Source of the DNA: Armatimonadota bacterium
Lineage (GTDB): Bacteria > Armatimonadota > UBA5829 > DSUL01
DNA length: 64,000 bases
Reading direction: 5' to 3'
Assembly (NCBI GenBank): GCA_039811685.1
Contig: JBDHZC010000008.1
Span: 32,001 to 96,000 of the forward strand
Shown: piece after piece, positions 28,385 to 38,400 of the stretch
How positions within the stretch are numbered: the first letter of the stretch is position 1
Layout of the letters: each line of letters begins with the position of its first letter
Notes under the pieces: model-generated
The model's database searches: none
Told to the model about the DNA's origin: nothing
Seen by the model: only the letters and a program-made list of their open reading frames with translations
Made by a program: the position numbers and the translations under genes

Positions 28385-30142
28385 ATGACTCTGGCAGGTT
28401 GCTTGCTGACGGTAATAGCGGCTGTCGCGATTGTTGCTGTACCGGCGTCGGCGACGGACAACCGGGCTCACCCCACCACATGGGCGGCTACGGACGCCCT
28501 GGGACGGACGCTGCCCACTTATGCGAAGGTGGGACCGCTTCGCAAAGACCGGTTTGTGGGAATGTTCTACTTCCTCTGGCTGGGCGCCCACGGGCAGAGC
28601 GGTCCCCACGACATCACCAAAATTCTGGCGCAGCATCCGGATGCGCTCAATCAGCCGACAAGCCCGCCCTGGGGACCCTTCCACTCCTTTCATCACTGGG
28701 GAGAGCCGCTGTTTGGATACTACGTGTCTGATGACGCGTGGGTGCTGCGCAAACATGCGCAGATGCTGTCGGACGCGGGCGTGGATACGGTCATCTTTGA
28801 TGTGACGAATCAGTCCACCTATCCAAAGAACTACCTGGCGCTTTGCCGGGTCTGGACCGAGGTGAGAAAAGATGGCGGGCGCACACCTCAGATAGCGTTT
28901 CTGTGTCCGTTCGGAGATGCGAAAAAGGTGGTGAGAGAGCTCTACGACAACTTCTACGGCAAGGGGTTGTACAGAGACCTGTGGTTTATCTGGAAGGGTA
29001 AGCCGCTGATTATTGCTGATCCCGCAACGGTGGATGAGGACCTGCGAGGCTTCTTCACATTCCGCAAATCGCAGTCTACTTACTTCGACCCGCCAACCGG
29101 TCCGGACCAGTGGAGCTGGTTGCAGGTGTATCCCCAGCATGTCTTCAAGAACTCCGCGGATGAGGTGGAAGAGATGGCGGTGGGTGTGGCCCAGAACGCT
29201 CAGAACGCCAAACGCCTTGCGTCTATGAGCGAGCCGAACGCCGCCGGGCGAAGCTGGCACAACGGACACGAAGACACCCGTCCGGGCGCGGTGAATCTCG
29301 GCCTCAACTACGCGGAGCAGTGGCGGCGGGCGCTGGAGGTGGATCCGGAGTTCGTCTTTGTCACAGGATGGAATGAGTGGGTGGCGCTGTGGCTGAACAG
29401 CTTCTGGGGTGTGGAGCTGCCGGTGATGTTTGTGGATGAGTTCAACCAGGAGTACAGCCGGGATATCGAGCCGATGCGGGGCGGGCACTGGGACAACTAC
29501 TACTACCAGACCGTGGACTTCATCCGCCGCTACAAGGGCGCTGAAGCGCTGCGGCCGGCCTCTCGGATGAAGACCATCGAGATAGACGGCCGCTTTGACG
29601 ACTGGAGAGACGTAAGGCCGGAGTACCGAGATGACGCCGGTGACACGATGCACAGAAACCACAAGGGTTGGGGTGATGAAGGTCAGTATATCAACACGAC
29701 GGGACGCAACGACATTGTTCGGTGCAAGGTGGCGCGGGATGACACAAATGTGTACTTCTATGTCAGGACGCGGGAAGCTCTGACGGCGCATACGGACCCG
29801 GCGTGGATGTGGCTGCTGATCAACGCAGACTCAGACCCCGCAAGCGGCTGGGAGGGCTTTGACTACATCGTGAATCGCGAAGTCAAGAGCGGCGACACGA
29901 CGCTGTTGGAACGCAGCAGATCGGGCTGGAATTGGGAGAAGACTGCCGAAGTTCGCTACAAAGTGCGCGGTAGTGAGATGGAGCTGGCGATTCCGCGAGC
30001 GGCGCTTGGTCTTGAAAACGCGCCGCTGAAGTTTGAGTTCAAGTGGGCGGATAACGTGCAGAAGCCAGGCGATGTGATGGAGTTTCTGCTGAGCGGTGAC
30101 ACAGCGCCCAACGCCCGCTTTGCGTACCGCTTCGCAGAATAG
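28385..30142 (+). CDS. Secreted uncharacterised glycoside hydrolase (GH71/GH99-like barrel) with C-terminal CBM9-like domain
   Basis: GGAGG RBS, signal peptide, VGMFYFLW, HWGEPLFGYY, FVTGWNEW, YSRDIEP, IDGRFDDW. Confidence 0.75.
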   Translation: MTLAGCLLTVIAAVAIVAVPASATDNRAHPTTWAATDALGRTLPTYAKVGPLRKDRFVGMFYFLWLGAHGQSGPHDITKILAQHPDALNQPTSPPWGPFHSFHHWGEPLFGYYVSDDAWVLRKHAQMLSDAGVDTVIFDVTNQSTYPKNYLALCRVWTEVRKDGGRTPQIAFLCPFGDAKKVVRELYDNFYGKGLYRDLWFIWKGKPLIIADPATVDEDLRGFFTFRKSQSTYFDPPTGPDQWSWLQVYPQHVFKNSADEVEEMAVGVAQNAQNAKRLASMSEPNAAGRSWHNGHEDTRPGAVNLGLNYAEQWRRALEVDPEFVFVTGWNEWVALWLNSFWGVELPVMFVDEFNQEYSRDIEPMRGGHWDNYYYQTVDFIRRYKGAEALRPASRMKTIEIDGRFDDWRDVRPEYRDDAGDTMHRNHKGWGDEGQYINTTGRNDIVRCKVARDDTNVYFYVRTREALTAHTDPAWMWLLINADSDPASGWEGFDYIVNREVKSGDTTLLERSRSGWNWEKTAEVRYKVRGSEMELAIPRAALGLENAPLKFEFKWADNVQKPGDVMEFLLSGDTAPNARFAYRFAE

Positions 30143-30179
30143 CGGATTCTTCCACCTTTTGGCCTCGACCTGAGCGCGC

Positions 30180-31313
30180 TCACACAGGCACCTCGGCCCA
30201 CGCACCTGGCCTTTCATAACAGGTGTCTATGATGCGTTCTACGGCGAGGGCGTCGGAGAATGAGGGGGAACCTGGTTCGCCTGCGACAACGCGTCTGACA
30301 AACTCGTGTATGCTCTGAATGTGAAAGCGCGGCCAGCCAACGGTGAGCTTTGGTCCGGGCATGACGGCGGGCGCGGGGTAGCGCTGCACGCTTTCAATGC
30401 GCAAAAAGCCCTTGTTCCCACCAAGGGGCGCATCCGGCGGCGTGTTGTCGTAGAAGTTCAGCCAGTTCGGGTCCATCAGATTGAAAGTGAACGCCCCCCG
30501 GTCGCCGCGGACTTCCAGAGTGAGCTCGTCATTTGCTCCGGTGGCGAGTTTTGAGGCTTCCAGCGTGCCGAGGGCGCCGTTTTTCAGCTCTGCGATGATG
30601 CAGGTTGCGTCGTCACCTGTCACTGGTTTCATCTGGCCTGTTACAGGATCCGGACGCTCGCGGATCTGCGTGAACGGGTGCGCCAGAACGCGCTCGAAGT
30701 CGCCGAGCAGCCAGCGCGCCAGATCAAGAATGTGCGATCCAAGGTCCACCAGCACGCCGCCTCCCTGCGTCCTGTCCGTCTTCCAGGGCATGGGTTTAGC
30801 GTGGTCAACATTGCTGGAGTGGATGTAGCGGAAGCAGAACGTGAAGACGCGCCCTATGCGACCTTCATCCATCAGCTCGCGCGCGCGCATGAGCGCGGGG
30901 ACGAACCTGTAGTTGTGGGCCATCATGCGCGTGCGGGGTAAGCAGGAACGCTTCTCGGCGCTGATAACTTCCTCGGCCTGGCTTAGACGACCGGTGAGCG
31001 GCTTGTCGCAGTAGATGTGCTTGCCGGCCTCAATAGCGGCGATGAGAACATCCTTGTGAACGCTGTTTGGCGCACAGCAGTTGATGACGTCAATATCGTC
31101 ACGCGAAATGAGCTCCTGCCAGTCGGCCGTAGCGAACTCATACCCGCCCTGCTCTACTGCCAGACGCTGGGACTCCGGGTTGCGGACAGCTACTCCGACC
31201 AGGCGTATTCTGGCTGGTAGCGGCTCAAAAAGCATAGGCAGAGACTTGTAGCTGTGGGTGTGAATCCTGCCCATGAAGCCGTAGCCGACCGTTCCAACGT
31301 TGAGAGTCTGCAT
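30180..31313 (-). CDS. Gfo/Idh/MocA oxidoreductase
   Basis: VGYGFMG, HIYCDKP, GGGVLVDLGSHILD. Confidence 0.92.
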   Translation of the reverse strand: MQTLNVGTVGYGFMGRIHTHSYKSLPMLFEPLPARIRLVGVAVRNPESQRLAVEQGGYEFATADWQELISRDDIDVINCCAPNSVHKDVLIAAIEAGKHIYCDKPLTGRLSQAEEVISAEKRSCLPRTRMMAHNYRFVPALMRARELMDEGRIGRVFTFCFRYIHSSNVDHAKPMPWKTDRTQGGGVLVDLGSHILDLARWLLGDFERVLAHPFTQIRERPDPVTGQMKPVTGDDATCIIAELKNGALGTLEASKLATGANDELTLEVRGDRGAFTFNLMDPNWLNFYDNTPPDAPLGGNKGFLRIESVQRYPAPAVMPGPKLTVGWPRFHIQSIHEFVRRVVAGEPGSPSFSDALAVERIIDTCYERPGAWAEVPV

Positions 31314-31348
31314 GTGGAGCCTTTCCTGCTGGCGTTCGTGTTTCGGAG

Positions 31349-32461
31349 CTACGAGGTAATGTCTCTTACCCAGTCTCGCGAATCTGGCACATCCATCCAA
31401 ACGGAGCCCTGCTGAATGGACTGCTGGCTTATGAGTCCTGGCAGCACGATATCCATAGCCTGATGAATGCCAAGTGGTGGCTCGCTTCCGGTGACGATTG
31501 CTTCAACGAAATCCTGAACCTGCATGTAGTCCCCACCCCAGTGTCCGGATTCCAGCGCCTCTTTGGGTGGGTTCAGCCAGTTCTCCGGCAGAAACTCCTC
31601 AGCGAAGTCCGACAGCTTCTGCCACACCATTTCTCCAGTGCGCTCTGCAAGCCAGATCTTGGGTTCGTCTCCCAGACCGCGCGCGGCCTCGTAGCACCCA
31701 GTTGTCCCCTGTAGAGAGTAGTAGCCCATGTTGTGCGGGCGGTTGGAGAGCATGTCCAGGCGCAGATTGATCAGGCCACCATTTTCGGTGCGGCACATTG
31801 TGAACGTGCTGTCTTCGTTTTCATACTCATCGCCCCGCGGATCAAGATAGTGGTGGCCTGTGCCCGCGCACATCACACTGACGACCCGCTCGCCCATCCA
31901 CTGATACAGTGGCCCCAGGCTATGTGTCGGATAGGTGTTTCCATTGACGCCGGTATGCCACCTGCGGCGCCACTTTGTGATCTCGTTCAAGCCTTTCAGC
32001 TCATGGATATACTCACCTTCACCGAAATACATCTGTCCAAACAGCCCCGCACGCGCGATAGCCCGGACCAGAACGATGTCCCGGACGTAGCAGTAGTTCT
32101 CCGCAAGCATGTAGGTGGCGGGGCTTTGATGTGCGGCAATCGTCAGCGCCCGGGCTTCCTCCATACTTACGCATGCGGATACTTCACTTAGAACGTGGAT
32201 TCCACGCTCAAGCGCGGCGATGGCCTGCTGCGCATGAAGGTGCATTGGCGTTCCGATAACCACAGCATCCAGCTTCGCTTCGTCCAGCATGCGCTCGTAG
32301 TCTGCGTAGAGCTCTGAGACTCCGATAGAAGCCCCTGCGGAGCGGAGGCCTTCTTCGTTGATGTCGCACAGCGCTTCGATACGGGTCTGTGGATTGTGGA
32401 TAAAGGGCGTGAAAAACCCACCCCCGCGTCCCGCGCAACCGGCGATTCCCACTCTGATCAT
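31349..32461 (-). CDS. Gfo/Idh/MocA oxidoreductase
   Basis: IRVGIAG, TPMHLH, HVLSEV, AENYCY, YPTHSLGP, HWGGD. Confidence 0.9.
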   Translation of the reverse strand: MIRVGIAGCAGRGGGFFTPFIHNPQTRIEALCDINEEGLRSAGASIGVSELYADYERMLDEAKLDAVVIGTPMHLHAQQAIAALERGIHVLSEVSACVSMEEARALTIAAHQSPATYMLAENYCYVRDIVLVRAIARAGLFGQMYFGEGEYIHELKGLNEITKWRRRWHTGVNGNTYPTHSLGPLYQWMGERVVSVMCAGTGHHYLDPRGDEYENEDSTFTMCRTENGGLINLRLDMLSNRPHNMGYYSLQGTTGCYEAARGLGDEPKIWLAERTGEMVWQKLSDFAEEFLPENWLNPPKEALESGHWGGDYMQVQDFVEAIVTGSEPPLGIHQAMDIVLPGLISQQSIQQGSVWMDVPDSRDWVRDITS

Positions 32462-32640
32462 TTGTCCTGCCTGTCCGATATCTGATTTTGCGATCGTCTT
32501 TCGAGCTCTTCGAGACAGCGCGAATACACTCCTACCCTCACTGGATAAATGTTTTGGAAGCTGCAGGATTGAACATTCTTGCGCAAAAGGGTGTCACCAT
32601 AGTAGAAACTGCGGGTCACAGCCCGCGAGGAAAGAGGCTC

Positions 32641-34884
32641 ATGCACGTCCTCCCCCGCGACGTACAGCAGAAGGTTCATTCGCTCCTGAACGGCTCAACC
32701 ATTCGCCTGAGTCTGGAAAGTGATCTGGACGAAAGCGGAAACTCCGGACACCGCTACCTGGTCGCAACTGATGAGCGTCTTCTCATTCTGTCTCAAAACG
32801 GCCGTGGCGCCACCGTAGACCACGACATCCCGATAAAAGACATTCTAGAGGTCAAGGCGGAGCCTTATATCGGAAGCGGCTGCCTGTGCGCCAACCTCAA
32901 TGGCACGACCGTCCCGCTGATCCGTTATACCAATTCTGTTGCGCGGGAGTTCGGCTACGGCGCGCGGGTTCTGAGCGCGCTGAAAAAAGGTGAGGAGCCG
33001 CCTCTGGCGACGGATGACGACCGCACGCGCCGCTGCCCCACCTGCGGCTTTCCCCTGGAAGCGGACTCTCAGGTTTGCCGCAACTGCGTAAATCGGCTGC
33101 AGGCGATCTCGCGGCTGCTGAGCTACCTGAAGCCATACAGGCATCTGGTGGCGCTGACCGTTCTACTTATGATCAGCGCGCAGGTGCTGCGTCTTGCCCC
33201 ACCCTATCTGACCAAGATTCTGATTGACGACGTGCTGCGGATCGCCGAGCCGTTCAAGGGCCATGTGCCACCACTTCTGCACGCGGGATTGATGCGCGCG
33301 CTGGGGTTGATTGTGCTCGGACTGATCGCGACGAGCGTTGCGGCTATGGCGCTGGATATCGTTCAGACGCGGCTGAACGCCTTTCTTGGCGGTAAGGTGA
33401 CCCACGACGTGCGCATGGAGCTGTACTCCTCCCTCCACCGCATGCCCGTGAGTTTTTTCGACAAGCGCCAGACGGGGTCCGTGATCTCGCGCGTTTCACA
33501 GGACGCAAGCTCCCTGCAGGAGTTTCTCACGCACAACGTTCAGTTTTTCATCACCAACAGCCTGATGCTGGTGCTGGTGTTGATCATTCTGTTCCGGGAA
33601 AACTGGAAGCTGGCGGCTTTGACTCTGATTCCCGCGCCACTGGTTTCGATTGGCGCGCGGATGGTTTTCAAGCGCATGCGATGGATGTTTCGCAGGATGT
33701 GGCATCGCTGGAGCCAGCTTCACTCGGCGATGTCGGATTCGCTTCAGGGCTTGCGCGTCGTGAAGGCCTTTGCGCAGGAGAGTCGGGAAATCCAGCGCTT
33801 CAACGAGCGCTCTACCGCGCTTTATGAAGCCAATGTTGAGGCCAATCAGGCGATGGGCACGATCATGCCGCTGCTGCAGTTTTTCCTGACCAGCGGCCAG
33901 TTCATCGTGTGGTACGCGGGCGGAATCGGCGTTATCAACGTTGGTGTGACGACGGGCACGCTGGTGATGTTCATCGGCTATATCGGCATGCTGTACGGGC
34001 CCCTGCAGATTGTGACCCGGATGTGGGACTGGATGAGCCGCAACCTGGCGGCTGCCGAACGTATTTTCGAGGTGATGGACGCCGAGCCTGAAGAAGCCGA
34101 ACCTGATAAACAGGTGCACGTCAAAGATGTCAACGGGCGTGTGGCGTTCAACAATGTGAGCTTTGGGTACGACCCGAACAACCCGGTGTTGCACGATGTT
34201 ACCGTAGAGGTGGAGCCGGGTGAGATGATTGGGCTGGTTGGACACTCGGGAGCGGGAAAATCTACGCTGATCAACCTGCTGGCGCGCTTCTACACTCCGC
34301 AATCGGGCGCCATCACCATTGACGGCATTGATACCAAGGAAATGAGCGCGGAAGACCTGCGCCGGCAGATTGGATTCGTCGCGCAGGACCCCTATCTCTT
34401 CAGCGGGACGATTATGGACAACATCGCCTACGCCAAACCCAGCGCTTCGCCGGAGGAGATTATCCGGGCAGCCAAAGCCGCCAACGCCCACGACTTCATC
34501 GTCAACTTTCCTGACGGATACGAAACGCAGGTGGGTGAGCGGGGGCAGTCGCTCTCAGGAGGGGAGCGCCAGCGGATTTCCATTGCGCGGGCGATTCTGC
34601 ACAACCCGCGTATCCTGATTCTGGACGAGGCGACAAGCTCCGTAGACACGGCAACAGAAAAACAGATTCAGGAGGCGCTTTCCCGGCTGGTGGAAGACCG
34701 GACAACCTTTGCCATCGCGCATCGCCTCTCCACGCTGCGCAACGCCGACCGCCTGCTGGTGCTGGACCATGGTAAGCTGGCCGAGCTGGGGACACACGAG
34801 GAGTTGATGGAAAAGGGCGGAGTCTATGCAAAGCTGGTGGAGATGCAGACGGAGATGAACAGAATCGTGGCGGTGGGCGGATGA
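32641..34884 (+). CDS. ABC exporter-type fused permease/ATPase with N-terminal soluble extension and Zn-ribbon
   Basis: GHSGAGKST, LSGGERQR, ILILDEATSS, IAHRLST; CPTCG..CRNC before the TM domain; GAGG RBS before 32641. Confidence 0.93.
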   Translation: MHVLPRDVQQKVHSLLNGSTIRLSLESDLDESGNSGHRYLVATDERLLILSQNGRGATVDHDIPIKDILEVKAEPYIGSGCLCANLNGTTVPLIRYTNSVAREFGYGARVLSALKKGEEPPLATDDDRTRRCPTCGFPLEADSQVCRNCVNRLQAISRLLSYLKPYRHLVALTVLLMISAQVLRLAPPYLTKILIDDVLRIAEPFKGHVPPLLHAGLMRALGLIVLGLIATSVAAMALDIVQTRLNAFLGGKVTHDVRMELYSSLHRMPVSFFDKRQTGSVISRVSQDASSLQEFLTHNVQFFITNSLMLVLVLIILFRENWKLAALTLIPAPLVSIGARMVFKRMRWMFRRMWHRWSQLHSAMSDSLQGLRVVKAFAQESREIQRFNERSTALYEANVEANQAMGTIMPLLQFFLTSGQFIVWYAGGIGVINVGVTTGTLVMFIGYIGMLYGPLQIVTRMWDWMSRNLAAAERIFEVMDAEPEEAEPDKQVHVKDVNGRVAFNNVSFGYDPNNPVLHDVTVEVEPGEMIGLVGHSGAGKSTLINLLARFYTPQSGAITIDGIDTKEMSAEDLRRQIGFVAQDPYLFSGTIMDNIAYAKPSASPEEIIRAAKAANAHDFIVNFPDGYETQVGERGQSLSGGERQRISIARAILHNPRILILDEATSSVDTATEKQIQEALSRLVEDRTTFAIAHRLSTLRNADRLLVLDHGKLAELGTHEELMEKGGVYAKLVEMQTEMNRIVAVGG

Positions 34885-35420
34885 AGGATGCGAGAGAGAG
34901 CATCAGGCACGGCGAGCGGGCGCTGGATGATGCCGCGAAGGTGCGCTACCTGACACCAGAGGAGTTGCGCTTCTTCTTGAGCCCGGGCGGCGCGGTATGC
35001 GTTACGGTCGGTGAGGAGCGGACGCTGCTCAGCTTCTCGGCGCGCCGATGTTTTCCCCTCTCCGGCGCCTCTCACTACGTCTCCTTACGGGACGGCGCGG
35101 GAGAGGAAGTGGGGATCATCCGCGACCTGGAGCTGATGCCGGAACAGGCGCGGGCATGGCTGGAGGAGGATCTGGAGCGGCGCTATTACACGCCTCAGAT
35201 TCTCTCGATTGAGCGCTTCCGCCAGCGCTGGGGCGGCGCCGAGTGGGAAGTGACTACCAATCGCGGCCCACGTAAGTTCATCACCCGCAGTATTTATGAT
35301 GCCGTGACCTCTCCCTCGCCGAGCCGGGCGCTTGTGACAGATATTGACGGCAACCGGTATGAGGTCGAGGTCCCACGGCTGGATGAGCGCAGCCGTGGGA
35401 TCCTGGAGCGGGTGCTCTGA
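34881..35420 (+). CDS. DUF1854-family protein
   Basis: RRCFPLS, EVGII.DL, RRYYTPQI, WEVTTNRG, DIDGNRY; ATGA overlap with the ABC gene. Confidence 0.85.
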   Translation: MKDARESIRHGERALDDAAKVRYLTPEELRFFLSPGGAVCVTVGEERTLLSFSARRCFPLSGASHYVSLRDGAGEEVGIIRDLELMPEQARAWLEEDLERRYYTPQILSIERFRQRWGGAEWEVTTNRGPRKFITRSIYDAVTSPSPSRALVTDIDGNRYEVEVPRLDERSRGILERVL

Positions 35421-35466
35421 GTGTCTCCGCCTCTCAACTGCACCTGCCCGGTCACTAGTGCGCAGG

Positions 35467-38400
35467 TCAGGGCTTTACAATATCCGCGGCGTCCCGGACT
35501 CGCACCATCGGATACAGATCGCTTCCGACCTTGTAGCAGGAGCTGGCGCCGGTGACGGTGACAAACTGGCCGACGGTGGGCAGACTCAAGCCAGGGGCGA
35601 AGATACGCACGCCTTCGTGGCCGTCACTGTCCTGCAACAACTCCGAAGAGTGCCAGGTGCTGCCGTCTGAGACAGTGAAGTACTGACCGTTCGGATCAAC
35701 ATAGGTTACTTTGCCAGTGAGACGGACAAGCAGACCAATGTTGTTTATCCCAAGCCCAGCCTTAATCCCTTGCTGGCCCGTACCAGCTGAGGCAGAGTAG
35801 TCCGAACTCGCCGCTCCACCAAGTGACCTCGCAGTCATCTTGAGAGCTGCCAGAGCCTGGCCTGAGATTCCCGAAGCGCTTGAGGCGGCTATATAGCGCT
35901 CACCATCTGAATTGGTGGCCATAGTCCCAGCTATGGTTGCCGACTGGCCGGCACTCAATCCGTGAGCGGTCTTTTCCACTCGTATGCCGCAGGCGCGGTC
36001 TACCTGCTCCACATAGAACGCATCTGGCCAAACCGCTGTCACAATGACACCCGAGAGTGAAACCTGAGCGCCGTCTGTGCGGCCGCGGGCTTCAGGGATA
36101 TTGGCTGCCGGCAGCTCAAGCACATACTCATCTGCTCCAATATCCACGTGCAGGCCGCTAATGCGTGGTTGACCGTCCATATCCGTCAGCAACCAGGTTG
36201 GCACGGCCGAATCCAGCCCGGCGTCTATACACGGTGAGGCGCTCTGCAAGTGAAAATCCCCATTGACGCGGTCAACAAACAGCGGGGCAACATTGATATC
36301 TCCTGCTCCAGCGCTCAGGCCAGAGTAATCTGTCTTGCCGGGATTGTAAACGCAGTTGCTGTTGAGCGTTGGAGTACCGCTGCCGCTCCTGGATACTCCG
36401 GTCGAGTTGAAGGCGACGATGTTGTTTGTGATGGTCGAGGAGGAGTTAGAACAGGAGATACCAGGGGCGTTTCCATAGATGGTGTTGTTGGTGATCGCCG
36501 GGGACGAGGAGTCGCAATAGATACCAGCTTTATTGTTTCCGGTGATGGTGTTGTTGGCGATGGCCGGAGAGGAGGAGACGCGACAGTAGACACCATAGTT
36601 GTTCCCCGAGATGATATTGTTGGTGATGGCCGGGGAGGAGGAGTCGCAGTTGATACCATAATTGATGTTCCCCGAGATGGTGTTGTTCGCAATGGCCGGG
36701 GAGGAGGAGTCGCAGTAGATACCATTATCGCCGTCCCACACAGTGAACCCGTCCAGGGCGCTCGCCTGGTAACCCCCCTTGGAGCTCACCACATACCCCG
36801 TGTTGCTTCCGTCCAGGAAGCTCCTGTTGGTTTTCCTGTCTCGCTGCCCACGGTTAGTTTCTACGCCCGCAAAACCGCCATACACATAAGCATACGGGCG
36901 CAATATCACGTGCTCGAAGTAACTGCCGGCTGCAACCCAGACCTCCCCGCCTGCCGCAGAAGCAGCGTCTATCCCCGCCTGAACCGTGCGCTTGGCAAGA
37001 GACCAACTGCTGCCGTCATGCGCAGCGTCATCCACCCCGGATGGGCTCACTCTGACCACCACGGGTTGATACTCTGGCCACACGGCGCCATTGGACTCAT
37101 CCGCCCCGATATCCACATGCGCGCCCTGTATGCGCGTCTGACCGTCCATATCCTTCCAACCTGACTGCACAGCGCTATCCGTTCCTGCATTCACACACGG
37201 CGAATCTGGCTGAATATGCAGCCGTCCATACTGGACAGACTGGAGCTTCGGGTCAGAATTGATGTCCCCTGCGCCAGCGCTCAGGCCGTCGTAGTTCACC
37301 CCACCCGGATTGTAAACGCAGTTGTTGTTGAGCGTTGGTGTTCCGCTGTCAGGCGCGTTGTAAATCCCCTGCGCGTTGAAGGCAACGATGTTATTTGTGA
37401 TCGCGGGGGAGGAGGAGCGCTCGCAGTAGACACCGTAGCCGTTCTTCGACATGGTGTTGTTGGCGATAGCCGGGGAGGCGGAGTTGTAGCAGTAAATACC
37501 ACGGCCGTTCCCCGAGATGATATTGTTGGCGATGATCGGAGAGGAGGATGTGTAGCAGGAAATACCATACCTGTTCCCCGAGATGGTGTTGTTGGCAATG
37601 CCCGGAGTGGAGGAGCCTTCGCACTTGATACCGTTGCCGCTCCCCGCGATGGTATTGTTGGCGATGGCCGGAGAGGAGGAGGAGGAGCAGCCAATGCCTC
37701 GATCCCAGTTCCCCGAGATGCTGTTGTTCGTTATGGCCGGAGAGGCGTGGGCGCAGACGATGCCATCGCGGCTCTCCGAGATGGTGTTGTTGGCGATAGC
37801 GGGGGAGGACAAGTAGCAGTAAACGTTGGTGCCGTAGATAATGCCCAAGGTAACAGTGCCGTTTCCCGAGATGGTGTTGTTGGTGATGGTCGGGGAGGAG
37901 GACGTGCAGTAGATGCCGTAATCGTTGTTCCCCGAGACGGTGTTGTTCGTGATGGTCGGGGAGGCGGAGTTTGCGCAGTAAATACCACGGCCGTTCCCCG
38001 AGATGGTGTTGTTGGCGACGATCGGGGAGGAGGAGGAACAGTAGATACCCCTGGAGCCGTTCCTCACGGTAAACCCGTCCAGCACTGTCGTCGCGGCGGC
38101 GCCGGAAGGAGGCGTTACTACATCGCCGCTCCCCATCCCGTTAAGGACGGTAGAGTTGGCCTGCCAGTTCCTCTGCGATCGACTGGTTTCCGTTCCGGCG
38201 AATCCACCGTACAGCCCTACCCCTTCCTTGAGAGTAAGCTTTTCAAGATACGGGTGCGCCGAATCGCCTGCCACCCAAACCTCGTCGCCAGACGCTGACG
38301 CGGCGATGGCTGCGGTCACGGTCTGGTAGGCGTTGGACCAGGTATTTCCCGGGCCGTTGGTGGATGAGTCCCACTTCACGCGGATAACGGCTGCGCCGGC

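Noticed and set aside
28256..29791. N-terminal 512 aa of the 824-aa minus-strand ORF
   Set aside because: Antisense shadow of the + strand GH gene; the real protein starts near 28255 with a signal peptide.
36406..38049. Repeats as a CRISPR array or a DGR template/variable pair
   Set aside because: The units are in-frame coding rungs with no unique spacers or cas genes. Differences are not adenine-specific and no reverse transcriptase is in the window.
36250..38298. Long + strand repetitive ORFs (304 and 360 aa)
   Set aside because: Antisense by-products of the stop-free tandem repeat codons; no RBS or independent features.
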